Below are positions 1 to 10,053 of a stretch of 64,000 bases of DNA, in pieces. The notes under the pieces are model-generated. The model made no database searches and was not told where the DNA came from. It worked only from the letters and a program-made list of their open reading frames with translations. Source of the DNA: an uncultured Verrucomicrobiae bacterium (GTDB taxonomy: Bacteria; Verrucomicrobiota; Verrucomicrobiia; Chthoniobacterales; UBA10450); assembly GCA_963735805.1 (NCBI GenBank), contig CAVTMK010000002.1, positions 1,504,001 to 1,568,000 on the forward strand, read 5' to 3'. Every line of letters starts with the position of its first letter. Within the stretch, counting starts at the first letter, position 1. The translations under genes and the position numbers were made by a program.

Positions 1-89
1 CGGGGACAATGACGCTGTCAAACTAAGCGAAAGTATCCTGGGATCGCTTCACCAAAATCTTCCATATCGCCAGGAGCCAGAGTAACTCT

Positions 90-1466
90 TCATCTCCCTC
101 GCCGGCGTGATGCTGGCGTCTCACTCTTCGCGCGGGGACGCAGAGTGAGAATAATCGGCAGCCCTGAGAAAGGCTGCGCATCGCGAATACGAGATTCCAG
201 GTAGCGCTCGTAAGTCTGGCTCAATAAACGTGGCTCATTCACGAAAAGGACGAACTCAGGGGGCTGTAGCTGTTGATCTTCTTTCCCTTTGGATTGAGCG
301 GCATAAAAGAGTTTGAGGCGCCGCCCCCTTATCGCCGCTGGCGGGCTCGCTTCAAACGCTTCTCGCAATAATCGGTTTAGAACTCCGGTCCCGACACGCT
401 GTTGCGCTGCGCGTTGGACCTTTTCGATTAACGCAAACAATTTACTGACGTGCTCTCCGGTCAATGATGACGTAATCAATACTGGCGCATAATCCAAAAA
501 GAACATTTGCTCACGCGCGCTCGCGACGAGTTTGGCGATGGTCTCTTTTTGATAGCGACTGGGCTTAATCAGGTCCCATTTGTTCAAGATAATGATCGCC
601 GCTTTGTGCGCCGCCTGAATCAACCCAGCGATTCGTTTGTCCTGCGCGGTTACGCCGACTGTGAGATCGACAATCAGAACGCACAGGTCTGCGCGACGGA
701 TGCTCCGTTCCGCGCGCATGACACTGAAAACTTCAACCGAACTGGATTGTTTACCTCGTCGGCGAATTCCGGCCGTATCGATGAAAACGAAACTCCGACC
801 GTTACGTTCGTACAAAATGTCGCTGGCATCGCGCGTAGTTCCCGCAAGCTCGTTTACAATCGCTCGTTCGCCACGCACGATCGAATTGATGAGGGAAGAT
901 TTTCCAACATTCGGTCGGCCGAGAATCGCGACAGCAAGAGAGGCGCGACTGGTGGCTTCTCGCTCGGGAGTCGGCGAGGGGAGAAGCCGGTCAATTGCCT
1001 CTAACAAATCCGAAATGCCTCGGCCATGTTCCGAGCTGATCGCAACACTGGACTCGAAGCCTAACGAATCGAACTCCGCCGCCAGCGCCTCGTGTTTTGG
1101 ATCATCAATTTTGTTGATCACGAGAACAACCGGTTTTCGAGATTTACGCAGCAAACGCGCGAGCTCTTCGTCGATCGGGGATAAACCGGATTTTGCATCG
1201 ACGACGAAAAGCAGAAAATCACTCTCGCCTAACGCCACCTCAGCGGCATGGCGTACTTGCATGCCTAATTCAGCCTCACCGCCCCCTAAAATTCCGCCAG
1301 TGTCCCATAAAACGAAGGGCCGCATACCTCGTGTGCAAACCGCCGATATTCTGTCGCGTGTAATTCCGGGCTGGTCATGAACAATCGCGATCTTTCGGCC
1401 AATCAGACGATTGAACAGCGCAGACTTGCCGACGTTTGGCCGCCCAATGATTGCGACGCTCGGCAT
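90..1466 (-). CDS. der: Ribosome biogenesis GTPase Der (EngA)
   Basis: Two G domains (GRPNVGKS x2, DTGG/DTAG, NKID/NKWD) and a C-terminal KH-like domain; start taken at MPSVAIIG. Confidence 0.97.
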   Translation of the reverse strand: MPSVAIIGRPNVGKSALFNRLIGRKIAIVHDQPGITRDRISAVCTRGMRPFVLWDTGGILGGGEAELGMQVRHAAEVALGESDFLLFVVDAKSGLSPIDEELARLLRKSRKPVVLVINKIDDPKHEALAAEFDSLGFESSVAISSEHGRGISDLLEAIDRLLPSPTPEREATSRASLAVAILGRPNVGKSSLINSIVRGERAIVNELAGTTRDASDILYERNGRSFVFIDTAGIRRRGKQSSSVEVFSVMRAERSIRRADLCVLIVDLTVGVTAQDKRIAGLIQAAHKAAIIILNKWDLIKPSRYQKETIAKLVASAREQMFFLDYAPVLITSSLTGEHVSKLFALIEKVQRAAQQRVGTGVLNRLLREAFEASPPAAIRGRRLKLFYAAQSKGKEDQQLQPPEFVLFVNEPRLLSQTYERYLESRIRDAQPFSGLPIILTLRPRAKSETPASRRRGR

Positions 1467-1502
1467 ATCTGTTCGGCCGTTCATCGCCCGGGGAATCCTT
1501 TC

Positions 1503-2111
1503 CTAACCTCGCTGCGGATGCGCATGCCCTTCGGCTTGCAGTTGGCGCACACCGTCCAGGACGTAAACCACTCCCGAGATCAAAGTAAAAACTCCTGCAA
1601 CTACCACAACGAGAAACAACGGCAGAAAACGCAACTGCAACATCACCCAGGCAATCGCACACATCTGGCAAACGGTGGCTACCTTGCCCGTCCAGTTGGG
1701 TTTGACTCGCATTTTGTTGCCAATCAGTACATGCAGAATCACGGCGCCGACGAGAATGACTGCGTCACGCGTGATTACCAGGACCGGAAACCACACGGGA
1801 AAACTTCCATAGTCAGGATCAGACTCGCTCCAGTTACTGATACTCAGAGTGATGATGCCGCTCAAAAGCAATCCTTTGTCCGCTATTGGGTCTAGATACA
1901 CTCCGAGCGAGCTGCGCTGGTTGTATCGCCGCGCAACGTATCCGTCCAGTCCGTCGCTTACGGCCGCAAGAATAAAAATGATGATCGCTGCGAAGCGCTG
2001 CCATTCCAGCGGCTGGCCGCGCTTGATGCTTTCACCATAATAAATCGCCATCGTCACAAAAGCCGGAATCATCAATATCCGGACGACAGTGATCTTGTTA
2101 GCCGTAGTCAT
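1503..2111 (-). CDS. pgsA: CDP-alcohol phosphatidyltransferase (PgsA-like)
   Basis: ANKITVVR N-terminus, DGLDGYVARR...G..LDPIADK motif, hydrophobic. Confidence 0.85.
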   Translation of the reverse strand: MTTANKITVVRILMIPAFVTMAIYYGESIKRGQPLEWQRFAAIIIFILAAVSDGLDGYVARRYNQRSSLGVYLDPIADKGLLLSGIITLSISNWSESDPDYGSFPVWFPVLVITRDAVILVGAVILHVLIGNKMRVKPNWTGKVATVCQMCAIAWVMLQLRFLPLFLVVVVAGVFTLISGVVYVLDGVRQLQAEGHAHPQRG

Positions 2112-2261
2112 AACGGGAATCGCAGACAATTGTAGGGCGTTTGATTCGCTCGCGCCAGCGGGCTCACCCCTGCGGTTTCTAGTCTAGGTCGTTTGGCGTT
2201 TTACTGGATGTACCTGCTAAGCTTTCGCTTCTAATTGGGGCGAGCGTTCGTAAAGTGCCAG

Positions 2262-5200
2262 TTAAGCTGAAGCCGCTTTTTTCTCTGCCGTCGGGATTCT
2301 AAAGCCTTCGATCTGTTTTTTGACTTCGTTCGCGAAACTGGCGGCGCGAGCCCCGTTTACAACGCGATGATCGAACGTAAGCGACAGAGTAATGACTTCC
2401 GCGCTTTCGTTTTTCTTTCCGTTTGGCATCAGCTCGCGATGAGCGGTGCCGACAAATAGCGTCCCGACTGAGGGTGGCACAACGATGGGGGCGCCGGCCT
2501 TTACGCCGAATGCGCCCAGACTTGTAATCACAACCGGGGCGTTCATCGCATCGACACGGCCAGCGCGAGTAGCATCGACCGTTTCGTTGTAAGTCTGCGC
2601 GAACTCCGGCCAGGACTTCTTGTTCGCATCAACAATCACCGCTGTCGCGAGACGATCGTCTTCCAGCGCTACGGCGATGCCCAGGTCGAAATTTTCGTTC
2701 TCCACAATACGCTCGTCTTCAAAAATGAGGCGCCGAAACGGCGGATGCTTTTCCATGGCTCGCACCACTGCCCACGCGATCATCACCGAAGGAGAAGGGG
2801 CGTCTTTTCCATTCTTTCCTTTCGCTGCATCGCGCACCTTGCGAATTGTGTCCCATTGCACATCGATCTGCAGGTTGGCAGGGATCACATGAGCGAGTTT
2901 GCGCGTGATCGTCGGCGACAGAGCCGGTTCGATTGCTGTAGCCGGGGTCGCTGACCCCTGCCGCGTGATATCGCGCGGAGACCCTGAGAGGCCGCGGTCG
3001 GCGCCCGCGGCTACAGGCTCTCCCGCAGAGTCCTTAGCCGCTTCCTGAAAGTAGTCGGCAAACGATGATTCAGCGGTTAGGATCGTGCCAAGCTCCTGAC
3101 CAATCTCGACCCTGTCGCCTACTTTTGTTTTCCATTCGCCCATCACGCCTGTAAAGGACGACTGAATGGGATAAACAGCTTTGTCCGTTTCCACTTCGCA
3201 AAGCTCATCGTCGAGCGCAATCGGATCGCCGGGATCCTTCAAAAGCGAAACCACTTTTGCGCTGCGGATTCCTTCACCCATGATGGGAACGGTGATGGTT
3301 TGAACAAGCTGCTTGCCGGTTTCGGCGGTAGACGGGGAGTCTGCGCCCAGCAGCGGCGCATGGGTAATGGGCGGGGCCGAGCGGCCGCGGCCAGTGACCG
3401 CGGCTACAGGACGTTCCTGCCTCGTTTCAATGGAGCGCTGAATTGCAGAGATGACCCGCTCAACGTCTGGTAACGCCGCGTACTCGTAAATCGGATTGTA
3501 ACCGACCATCACGTTCGCTTTGCTAACCAGAATCGGGGGAGTGATCATTTCATTCCATAACTCTGGCTGACTCGTGATGTGAGAAATTAACATCTGCCCG
3601 ACACTGCAACTCTCGGTGTCCTCCTGGACCACGACCAACCGGCGAGTCTTCCGCACTGATTCCTCAACTGCCGCTTTGTCCCACGGAACGATGGAACGCA
3701 GATCGATTAGTTCGACGCTGACCGTGTCGCCGATCTTGTCCAGAGCTTCCAACGATTTCTCAATTGTATTGCCCCACGCAACGAGTGTGACCTCAGAGCC
3801 ATCACGCAACTTGTGCGCCTCGCCCAGCGGAACCGCCTGGAGTGGTCCTGTGTACTCGTGTTCCGCCCAAAGGAGATGTTTGGGTATCAGAAACATCACG
3901 GGATCTTCACCATGCATGGCAGTCCAAAGCAATCCGGCGGCATCAGCGGGGGTGCTTGGTATGACAATGTTTAGCCCCGGATAATGTGCGAGCGCGGACT
4001 CGTTCGCCTGACTGTGCCACAAGCTTCCGCCGGGCAAATAAGCACCGTAGGGCGCATAAATCACCGCCGGACATTTCCAATTGCCGAACGACCGCCAACG
4101 CAAATTTGAAATATTTGTGACCAACTGGTTGAACCCCGGATAAATGAAATCAATAAATTGCAATTCGAAGACCGGGCGTTTGCCGTATGCGGCCAGACCG
4201 CATGCGACACCAAGAATCGTCGATTCAGCAAGAGGCGAATTAAACACCTGTTTGGGAAACTCGGTTGAAAGCTTTTGCGTGAGCCGAAACACACCGCCCT
4301 TCGGATCCTCAATGTCCTCACCAAAAAGGATGCGCCGGGGATCTTCCTCCAGACCGAGCCGCAATGTCTTGTTCACGGTATCCCCGATACGATATTTTCC
4401 AGGTGGCAGAATGTCCTTGTTAACCTTTGGAGGTAGTTCGCTCACGTTGGCAAGTAACTCGTTAGGCGACGGATCTTCGGCTTTTTCCGCCTCGGCATAC
4501 TCGCGGCGAATGCGCTCCTTAACTTCATTATCGAGCCTGGCGAATTCCTCGACAGTAATCGCGCCTTCCTCGATGAGTTGATGCTTCCAACTCTTGAGTG
4601 GATCTGATTTTTCCAGTGTCTGCAGTTCTTCCGCGCTGCGGTAAAGCTTCTGATCGTCGGAGCTGGTGTGACTGGAAAGGCGCTCCATCCTGATCCAAAA
4701 AAAGAACGGACCGCCCCCGGCGCGAATTTTTTCGAACGCTTCTGCGGTCGCGTCATGGACCTGTTGGACGTCCTGTCCTTCAATTCGACGCCAGTTGTCC
4801 GGTTCGAGAACTTTGAGTTCCAGCGGATTGTTCTTCCGCGTCGGCATGCTGATGCCGTAGCCGTTGTCTTCGACGAGAAAAAGCATGGGAAGTTTCTTCT
4901 CCTTGGCGAAACAGAGCGCTTCGAAAAAATCGCCCTGGCGTGTCGCTGCGTCACCGATCGTGGTGACAACGAGATTCTTTTTGCCGTCCAGCTGAATGCC
5001 CCACGCCATGCCGCACGCCGGAAGCAACTGCGAACCCGTCGGCGTCGGCACACTCCAGATGTGCAAATCCGCATTACTATAGTGCGATGGCATTTGCCGG
5101 CCGCCGCTTCCAGTATTCCGCTTGGCAAAATATTCCAGGCCCAGCTGTCGCGTGGTCATTCCGCGCCCGAGAACAAGGCCGCGGTCGCGATAATACGAAA

Positions 5201-5381
5201 CGATGTAGTCATCAGGCTCCATTTGGATCGAGACGGCTGCGAGCGCTTCGTGGCCCATTCCGGAAACATGAAAATGCCCCTTGCCCTGACGATTCAGATT
5301 CTGTTCACGCAGATCTGCATGGCGACTTTCCAGGATCGTGGTTAAAAGTCGCAGTTTATCTTCCTTGCTGAGCGCGGGCAT
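2262..5381 (-). CDS. Fused 2-oxoacid dehydrogenase E1alpha-E1beta-lipoyl domain-E2 acyltransferase
   Basis: TPP motif GDAATRQG...EDN, SHTSSDD loop, E1beta GEDI..GGVF and NSPLAES, lipoyl motif EVETDKA, E2 motif TFDHRVVNG, all in one ORF. Confidence 0.9.
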   Translation of the reverse strand: MPALSKEDKLRLLTTILESRHADLREQNLNRQGKGHFHVSGMGHEALAAVSIQMEPDDYIVSYYRDRGLVLGRGMTTRQLGLEYFAKRNTGSGGRQMPSHYSNADLHIWSVPTPTGSQLLPACGMAWGIQLDGKKNLVVTTIGDAATRQGDFFEALCFAKEKKLPMLFLVEDNGYGISMPTRKNNPLELKVLEPDNWRRIEGQDVQQVHDATAEAFEKIRAGGGPFFFWIRMERLSSHTSSDDQKLYRSAEELQTLEKSDPLKSWKHQLIEEGAITVEEFARLDNEVKERIRREYAEAEKAEDPSPNELLANVSELPPKVNKDILPPGKYRIGDTVNKTLRLGLEEDPRRILFGEDIEDPKGGVFRLTQKLSTEFPKQVFNSPLAESTILGVACGLAAYGKRPVFELQFIDFIYPGFNQLVTNISNLRWRSFGNWKCPAVIYAPYGAYLPGGSLWHSQANESALAHYPGLNIVIPSTPADAAGLLWTAMHGEDPVMFLIPKHLLWAEHEYTGPLQAVPLGEAHKLRDGSEVTLVAWGNTIEKSLEALDKIGDTVSVELIDLRSIVPWDKAAVEESVRKTRRLVVVQEDTESCSVGQMLISHITSQPELWNEMITPPILVSKANVMVGYNPIYEYAALPDVERVISAIQRSIETRQERPVAAVTGRGRSAPPITHAPLLGADSPSTAETGKQLVQTITVPIMGEGIRSAKVVSLLKDPGDPIALDDELCEVETDKAVYPIQSSFTGVMGEWKTKVGDRVEIGQELGTILTAESSFADYFQEAAKDSAGEPVAAGADRGLSGSPRDITRQGSATPATAIEPALSPTITRKLAHVIPANLQIDVQWDTIRKVRDAAKGKNGKDAPSPSVMIAWAVVRAMEKHPPFRRLIFEDERIVENENFDLGIAVALEDDRLATAVIVDANKKSWPEFAQTYNETVDATRAGRVDAMNAPVVITSLGAFGVKAGAPIVVPPSVGTLFVGTAHRELMPNGKKNESAEVITLSLTFDHRVVNGARAASFANEVKKQIEGFRIPTAEKKAASA

Positions 5382-5443
5382 ACGGCATGATCTTACACAG
5401 CACTTACGGATGGACAATCAGACGGACTTATTTCGAATAGGAA

Positions 5444-6532
5444 ATGCACACCGAAAGAACAACATCAAAATTTGGCGTGATCGAGCGTTATCGGGAATAT
5501 CTTCCCGTTACTGAGTTCACGCCGATTGTTTCCCTGGGCGAGGGGAGTACGCCGCTGGTGTTTTGCCCGCGATTGAGTAAGCGCGTCGGTCGCGCGGTTC
5601 TCGTCAAAAACGAAGGCCTAAACCCAACGGGCTCGTTCAAGGACCGCGGCATGACCGTGGCAGTATCGAAAGCGATCGAGCGCGGCACAAAAACTCTCAT
5701 TTGCGCCTCAACGGGGAACACATCGGCGTCCGCAGCGGCGTATGCAGCGCGCGCGGGAATCTCGTGCGCTGTAGTCTTGCCTGCTGGCAAGATCGCAAGA
5801 GGTAAATTGCTGCAGGCCGTCGCGTGCGGTGCAAAAATCATCGCCCTGGAAGGGAACTTCGATGACGCGCTACGGATCGTTCGGGAGCTTGGCGAACAGC
5901 GCGGTCTCGCCGTTGTAAATTCGATTAATCCGGATCGGATTGCGGGGCAGAAGACAGCTGCGTTCGAAATTGTTGATACTCTGAGCGACGCACCCGATTT
6001 TCATCTGCTGCCTGTGGGCAATGCCGGAAACATCACCGCGTATTGGGCGGGCTATCGAGAATATCACGCGTGCGAAAGGTCCACGAAGTTACCGGTAATG
6101 ATTGGCTTTCAATCCGCGGGCGCGGCGCCAATCTTTTACAATCGCATCGTTGAGAAACCGGAAACGGTTGCGTCGGCAATTCGCATTGGCAACCCGGCAA
6201 GTTGGAAGCAGGCCCGGACCGCGATCCTCGAATCGCGTGGCGCAATTGATGTTGTCAGTGACGAAGAACTTCTTGCGGCACAGACCTGGCTGGCGCAGCA
6301 CGAGGGAATTTTTGTCGAACCGGCAAGTGCCGCGTCCATCGCAGGGCTTTTCAAATGCTGCGACTCGAAGAATGCAGCATATTCGTTTCAGAAGATTCCA
6401 GAGGAAAGCCGAATTGTTTGCACGGTCACTGGGCATGGATTGAAAGATCCCGATGTGATTACTTCGACGATGAAGGAATTAAGATCTGTTCCTCCGACCC
6501 TGAGCGCTGTACAGAGCGCGATTGAACTGTAG
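5444..6532 (+). CDS. thrC: Threonine synthase
   Basis: NPTGSFKDRG PLP-lysine motif, ASTGNTS, PVGNAGN, TGHGLKD. Confidence 0.95.
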   Translation: MHTERTTSKFGVIERYREYLPVTEFTPIVSLGEGSTPLVFCPRLSKRVGRAVLVKNEGLNPTGSFKDRGMTVAVSKAIERGTKTLICASTGNTSASAAAYAARAGISCAVVLPAGKIARGKLLQAVACGAKIIALEGNFDDALRIVRELGEQRGLAVVNSINPDRIAGQKTAAFEIVDTLSDAPDFHLLPVGNAGNITAYWAGYREYHACERSTKLPVMIGFQSAGAAPIFYNRIVEKPETVASAIRIGNPASWKQARTAILESRGAIDVVSDEELLAAQTWLAQHEGIFVEPASAASIAGLFKCCDSKNAAYSFQKIPEESRIVCTVTGHGLKDPDVITSTMKELRSVPPTLSAVQSAIEL

Positions 6533-6615
6533 GCTTTGGTACGGCGTTTGTAGTGACTGCAATGCCACATGCCAGGTTTGCGTTGGAAGTTCGTGTTTCA
6601 TAATCTAATTCTGTC

Positions 6616-7866
6616 ATGCGCCTGATCGTTCAAAAATATGGCGGTACGTCCGTAGGCACTCCTGAGCGAATTTGTAAAGCGGCCCGCCGAATTCTTGAGA
6701 CGCAGCGCAAGGGTTGTCGGGTTGTCGCGGTCATCTCGGCGATGGGCGGGGTAACCGATCAGTTAATCAAGCTTGCTAAGGATGTCTCGCCGGCGCCGAC
6801 AGAACGCGAGCTCGATATCTTGCTTGCCACTGGTGAGCGTGCCGCAGCCGCCTTGACTGCCATGGCAGTGAACGCGTTGGGTGGAACAGCGATCTCCCTG
6901 ACTGGCGCTCAAGCAGGAATCCTAACCGATCGCAGTCATGCCAAGGCGCGGATCGCGAATATTAGTCCAAAGCGGATTCACGAGATCCTATCGGAGGATT
7001 ACATCGTAATCGTGGCCGGTTTTCAGGGACAAACCCCGGAGGGAGATACGACCACGCTTGGCCGGGGCGGTTCGGACTTAACCGCCATTGCGCTTGCAGG
7101 CGCATTGAACGCTGACGCCTGCCAGATTTTTACCGATGTGGATGGTGTGTTCACTTGCGATCCACGTTTAGTCAAAGACGCAAAAAAAGTCAGTGAGATT
7201 GCCTATGACGAGATGCTCGAGATGGCTGGCAGCGGCGCAAAGGTAATGCAGTCGCGTGCTGTGGAGTTTGCTAAGAAATTTGGAGTCGAGTTTGAAGTAC
7301 GATCAAGCTTTAACAAAAGGCGCGGCACGATTGCCAGAGAAGAGACTCCCAGTATGGAAGACGTCGTGGTTCGGGGGATCAGTCTCGACAGGCATCAAGC
7401 CAAACTCAGCATCGCCGGAGTGCGCGATGAACCGGGAATGGCTGCCCGGATTTTTTCGAATATTGCCGCGGCGCACATCATCGTCGACATGATCGTGCAG
7501 AATGCATCCATCGGCGGAACGACTGATGTTTCATTCACGATTCATGAAGACGAACTGGAAAACGCCCGGACAATCCTGATGCCGGTGATTGGGCAGATTG
7601 GCGCTAAGCGCTTGAACACAAGCGCCGGTGTGGCCAAGCTGAGCGTGGTCGGAATCGGGATGCGATCACATTCGGGTGTCGCGGCGCGAATGTTCGAATG
7701 CCTGGGGAAAAGTGGAATCAACATTCAGTTGGTTTCCACTTCGGAGATCAAGATTGCAGTCATCATTGATGAAAAGGATGCGGAACAAGCAGCGCAATTG
7801 ATTCACGCGGAGTTTGGTCTGACGCGTTTGCTGCCTGTCGCCTCTGCCACGCGGGCGCTTGGCTGA
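6616..7866 (+). CDS. lysC: Aspartate kinase
   Basis: VQKYGGTSV, TLGRGGSD, two ACT domains (STSEIKI). Confidence 0.95.
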   Translation: MRLIVQKYGGTSVGTPERICKAARRILETQRKGCRVVAVISAMGGVTDQLIKLAKDVSPAPTERELDILLATGERAAAALTAMAVNALGGTAISLTGAQAGILTDRSHAKARIANISPKRIHEILSEDYIVIVAGFQGQTPEGDTTTLGRGGSDLTAIALAGALNADACQIFTDVDGVFTCDPRLVKDAKKVSEIAYDEMLEMAGSGAKVMQSRAVEFAKKFGVEFEVRSSFNKRRGTIAREETPSMEDVVVRGISLDRHQAKLSIAGVRDEPGMAARIFSNIAAAHIIVDMIVQNASIGGTTDVSFTIHEDELENARTILMPVIGQIGAKRLNTSAGVAKLSVVGIGMRSHSGVAARMFECLGKSGINIQLVSTSEIKIAVIIDEKDAEQAAQLIHAEFGLTRLLPVASATRALG

Positions 7867-7893
7867 TTCTTAAAGAAGCCTAATCCCGATTTG

Positions 7894-8859
7894 TCAGACG
7901 ATCGCGCCGCCGCAGCTTGATCCAGCGCCAGCGGTGCAGCCAAAGCAATGATTGCCTGTCATGATCTCGCGATTTTCGATGTTCTCCGAATCGATGTCCC
8001 ACACAAACAAACGCTCGCTCCCGCCATTGCCGGGGCATTGCATCCCAAGCTGTTGATTGAAATCGCAATCGTACACTTCGCCGCGCCAATCGACACTGAT
8101 CGTGTTGCGGCACATAAGTCCATCAACGGTGGCAGGGTTAAACGCGCTGACTAGTAGCTGCATGTAATCCTCGAGCTGATTGTTACGGCGAAGATAAGAG
8201 GCGAAACGGCCGATTGGAAGATTCGCAAGAGTGTACAGATTATTAAACACGACGCCGAAATGCTTCTTGAGTTCGCGCTTGTAATCGTCCTCGAGCTGGG
8301 CTTGCGAAGGCGGCAGAAATGCGCCGACCGGATTGTAAACCAGATGCAACGGCAATTCCTGGTTTATCCCGTAGCCTAACGAATTAAGTAATTGCAGCGC
8401 TGCTAGGCTGCTCTCGAAGACTCCCTCGCCGCGTTGCGCGTTCACGTTTTCCGGCGTGTAACAAGGCATCGATGCGATAATCTCGACTTTGTTCTTGGCC
8501 AGAAATTTCCCGAGTCCTTCATAGCCGAGCTCGACCAAAATCGTGAGATTACAGCGATCGATGACGTGCCGAGAGGGATGCACTTCTTTCACTCTTTCGA
8601 TGAAATAACAAAAATCGGGAATCATCTCTGGCGCGCCGCCAGTGAGGTCCACGGTCGGAATGTGCGTCTGTGCCAGCCAATCAACGATTCGATCAACTGT
8701 CGCGCGCGTCATGATTTCCCTGCGTTTCGGACCAGCATTTACGTGACAATGCACACAGGTCAGATTGCAAAGCTTGCCCACGTTCACCTGAAGGATCTCG
8801 GGACGGGCGCGGCGAAGCGATAGCGAATTGTCCGCAAGTGTCTTGGCGAATCGATTCAT
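7894..8859 (-). CDS. arsS: ArsS-family radical SAM protein (arsenosugar biosynthesis/DUF3641)
   Basis: CNLTCVHC, LQVNVG..CHVNAGP, YDCDFNQ, C-terminal HCFGCTAGAGSSCGG. Confidence 0.88.
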   Translation of the reverse strand: MNRFAKTLADNSLSLRRARPEILQVNVGKLCNLTCVHCHVNAGPKRREIMTRATVDRIVDWLAQTHIPTVDLTGGAPEMIPDFCYFIERVKEVHPSRHVIDRCNLTILVELGYEGLGKFLAKNKVEIIASMPCYTPENVNAQRGEGVFESSLAALQLLNSLGYGINQELPLHLVYNPVGAFLPPSQAQLEDDYKRELKKHFGVVFNNLYTLANLPIGRFASYLRRNNQLEDYMQLLVSAFNPATVDGLMCRNTISVDWRGEVYDCDFNQQLGMQCPGNGGSERLFVWDIDSENIENREIMTGNHCFGCTAGAGSSCGGAIV

Positions 8860-8987
8860 CTCAAAGACCGGCTATGACTCGCCCTGTCGTTGCGTTTCCG
8901 ATGTTTCATGTTCTCTGCAAGAACCCGCGATACGCCAGTCTATCATCAGTTCGGGATATTTTCGCGGCATCTACAAGTGGCGAGCAA

Positions 8988-9848
8988 TTACTCCACAAGG
9001 CTTTCCGTTGGTCGCGGCTCGCGCTCCGGGATCTCTCCGTTGGGCAATCGCCAGGGGCGCTGCCCGCGAAATGGCATTGCGAAGAGTTTCCCCAGTGTGA
9101 GCTCCTGTTCCTCGCGGTACGCTGCAACGCCAATCGTAAGTGCCTCCTGCGGCACATCGCGGCGCAGTGTCCGATGAAGTTTGTCCCACCAACAAAAAAT
9201 CGTGCCCCAGTTTGAATTCGTTTCCCGCTGCACGATGGAATGATGAATGCCGTGCATCCTAGGTGTCACGACGATCAGATTTAAGAGTCGCTCCAGCTTG
9301 ATCGGGATACGCCAGTTGGAATGATGAAAGAGAGTGGCCCCCTCAAGTACTATGAAAAAAAATATCAGCATTCCCGGAGTGATTCCGAAGAGCACGACTG
9401 CGAAAGAAAGAAAACCGATTGAGAAAATCATCTCGCCGAAGTGGAATCGCGCGGCGGTGCTGACATCCAGATCGAGATCAGTGTGGTGCACGTTATGAAA
9501 TCGCCAGAAAAGCGGAATCATGTGGTTGGCCCGATGCCACCACCAATAGGCGTAATCCATCAGCAGAAACGTCGCGCTGATGGCCATCCAGAACGGGACA
9601 CCAAGCCAGTTTAGCAGACCAACGTGTTCTTCTTTCGCCCACACGGCGATCGCGAGTGGTATGGGTAACATGGCGACGCGCACAATGGCGAATCCAGGAA
9701 TGGAAAGCACAAAATTACGCACCAATCGATGCAGTACTCTGAAATACTGTCGCCGAAGAGGGAAACGCCATTGAAGCAAAAACAGAATGAGGAACACGCA
9801 CGCCAGCAGTGGTCTGCCGACGCAATCCATTAGGGGAATCTCTTGCAC
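8988..9848 (-). CDS. Sterol desaturase / fatty acid hydroxylase family protein
   Basis: His boxes WHRANH, HNVHH, FHHSN, HGIHH; membrane segments. Confidence 0.88.
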   Translation of the reverse strand: MQEIPLMDCVGRPLLACVFLILFLLQWRFPLRRQYFRVLHRLVRNFVLSIPGFAIVRVAMLPIPLAIAVWAKEEHVGLLNWLGVPFWMAISATFLLMDYAYWWWHRANHMIPLFWRFHNVHHTDLDLDVSTAARFHFGEMIFSIGFLSFAVVLFGITPGMLIFFFIVLEGATLFHHSNWRIPIKLERLLNLIVVTPRMHGIHHSIVQRETNSNWGTIFCWWDKLHRTLRRDVPQEALTIGVAAYREEQELTLGKLFAMPFRGQRPWRLPNGEIPEREPRPTESLVE

Positions 9849-10053
9849 GGTTCGCTGTATTGCCGCCCTAATCCTATCATCACCATGCAGGCAACGGCAG
9901 TGTAGAGTTGATAAACAAACCTTCTTTCAGGGCAAACCGGAGAGTTGTCGCAGTCTGGCCCTTTAGCGTAGAAAGCCAGCAGCGTTGTCCTTCGTCTGTT
10001 GCAAGAGCGATAACTAGTCGTTCTGTTCCTGGATTAATTTCCCGGCAGGCGAT

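Noticed and set aside
7894..7960. Selenocysteine in the ArsS C-terminal GSSCGG motif
   Set aside because: The codon is TGC; no in-frame TGA
9928..9965. c-di-GMP-I riboswitch (CAGGGCAAACC start)
   Set aside because: No GAAA-capped P2 stem or downstream GACGCAAAG motif
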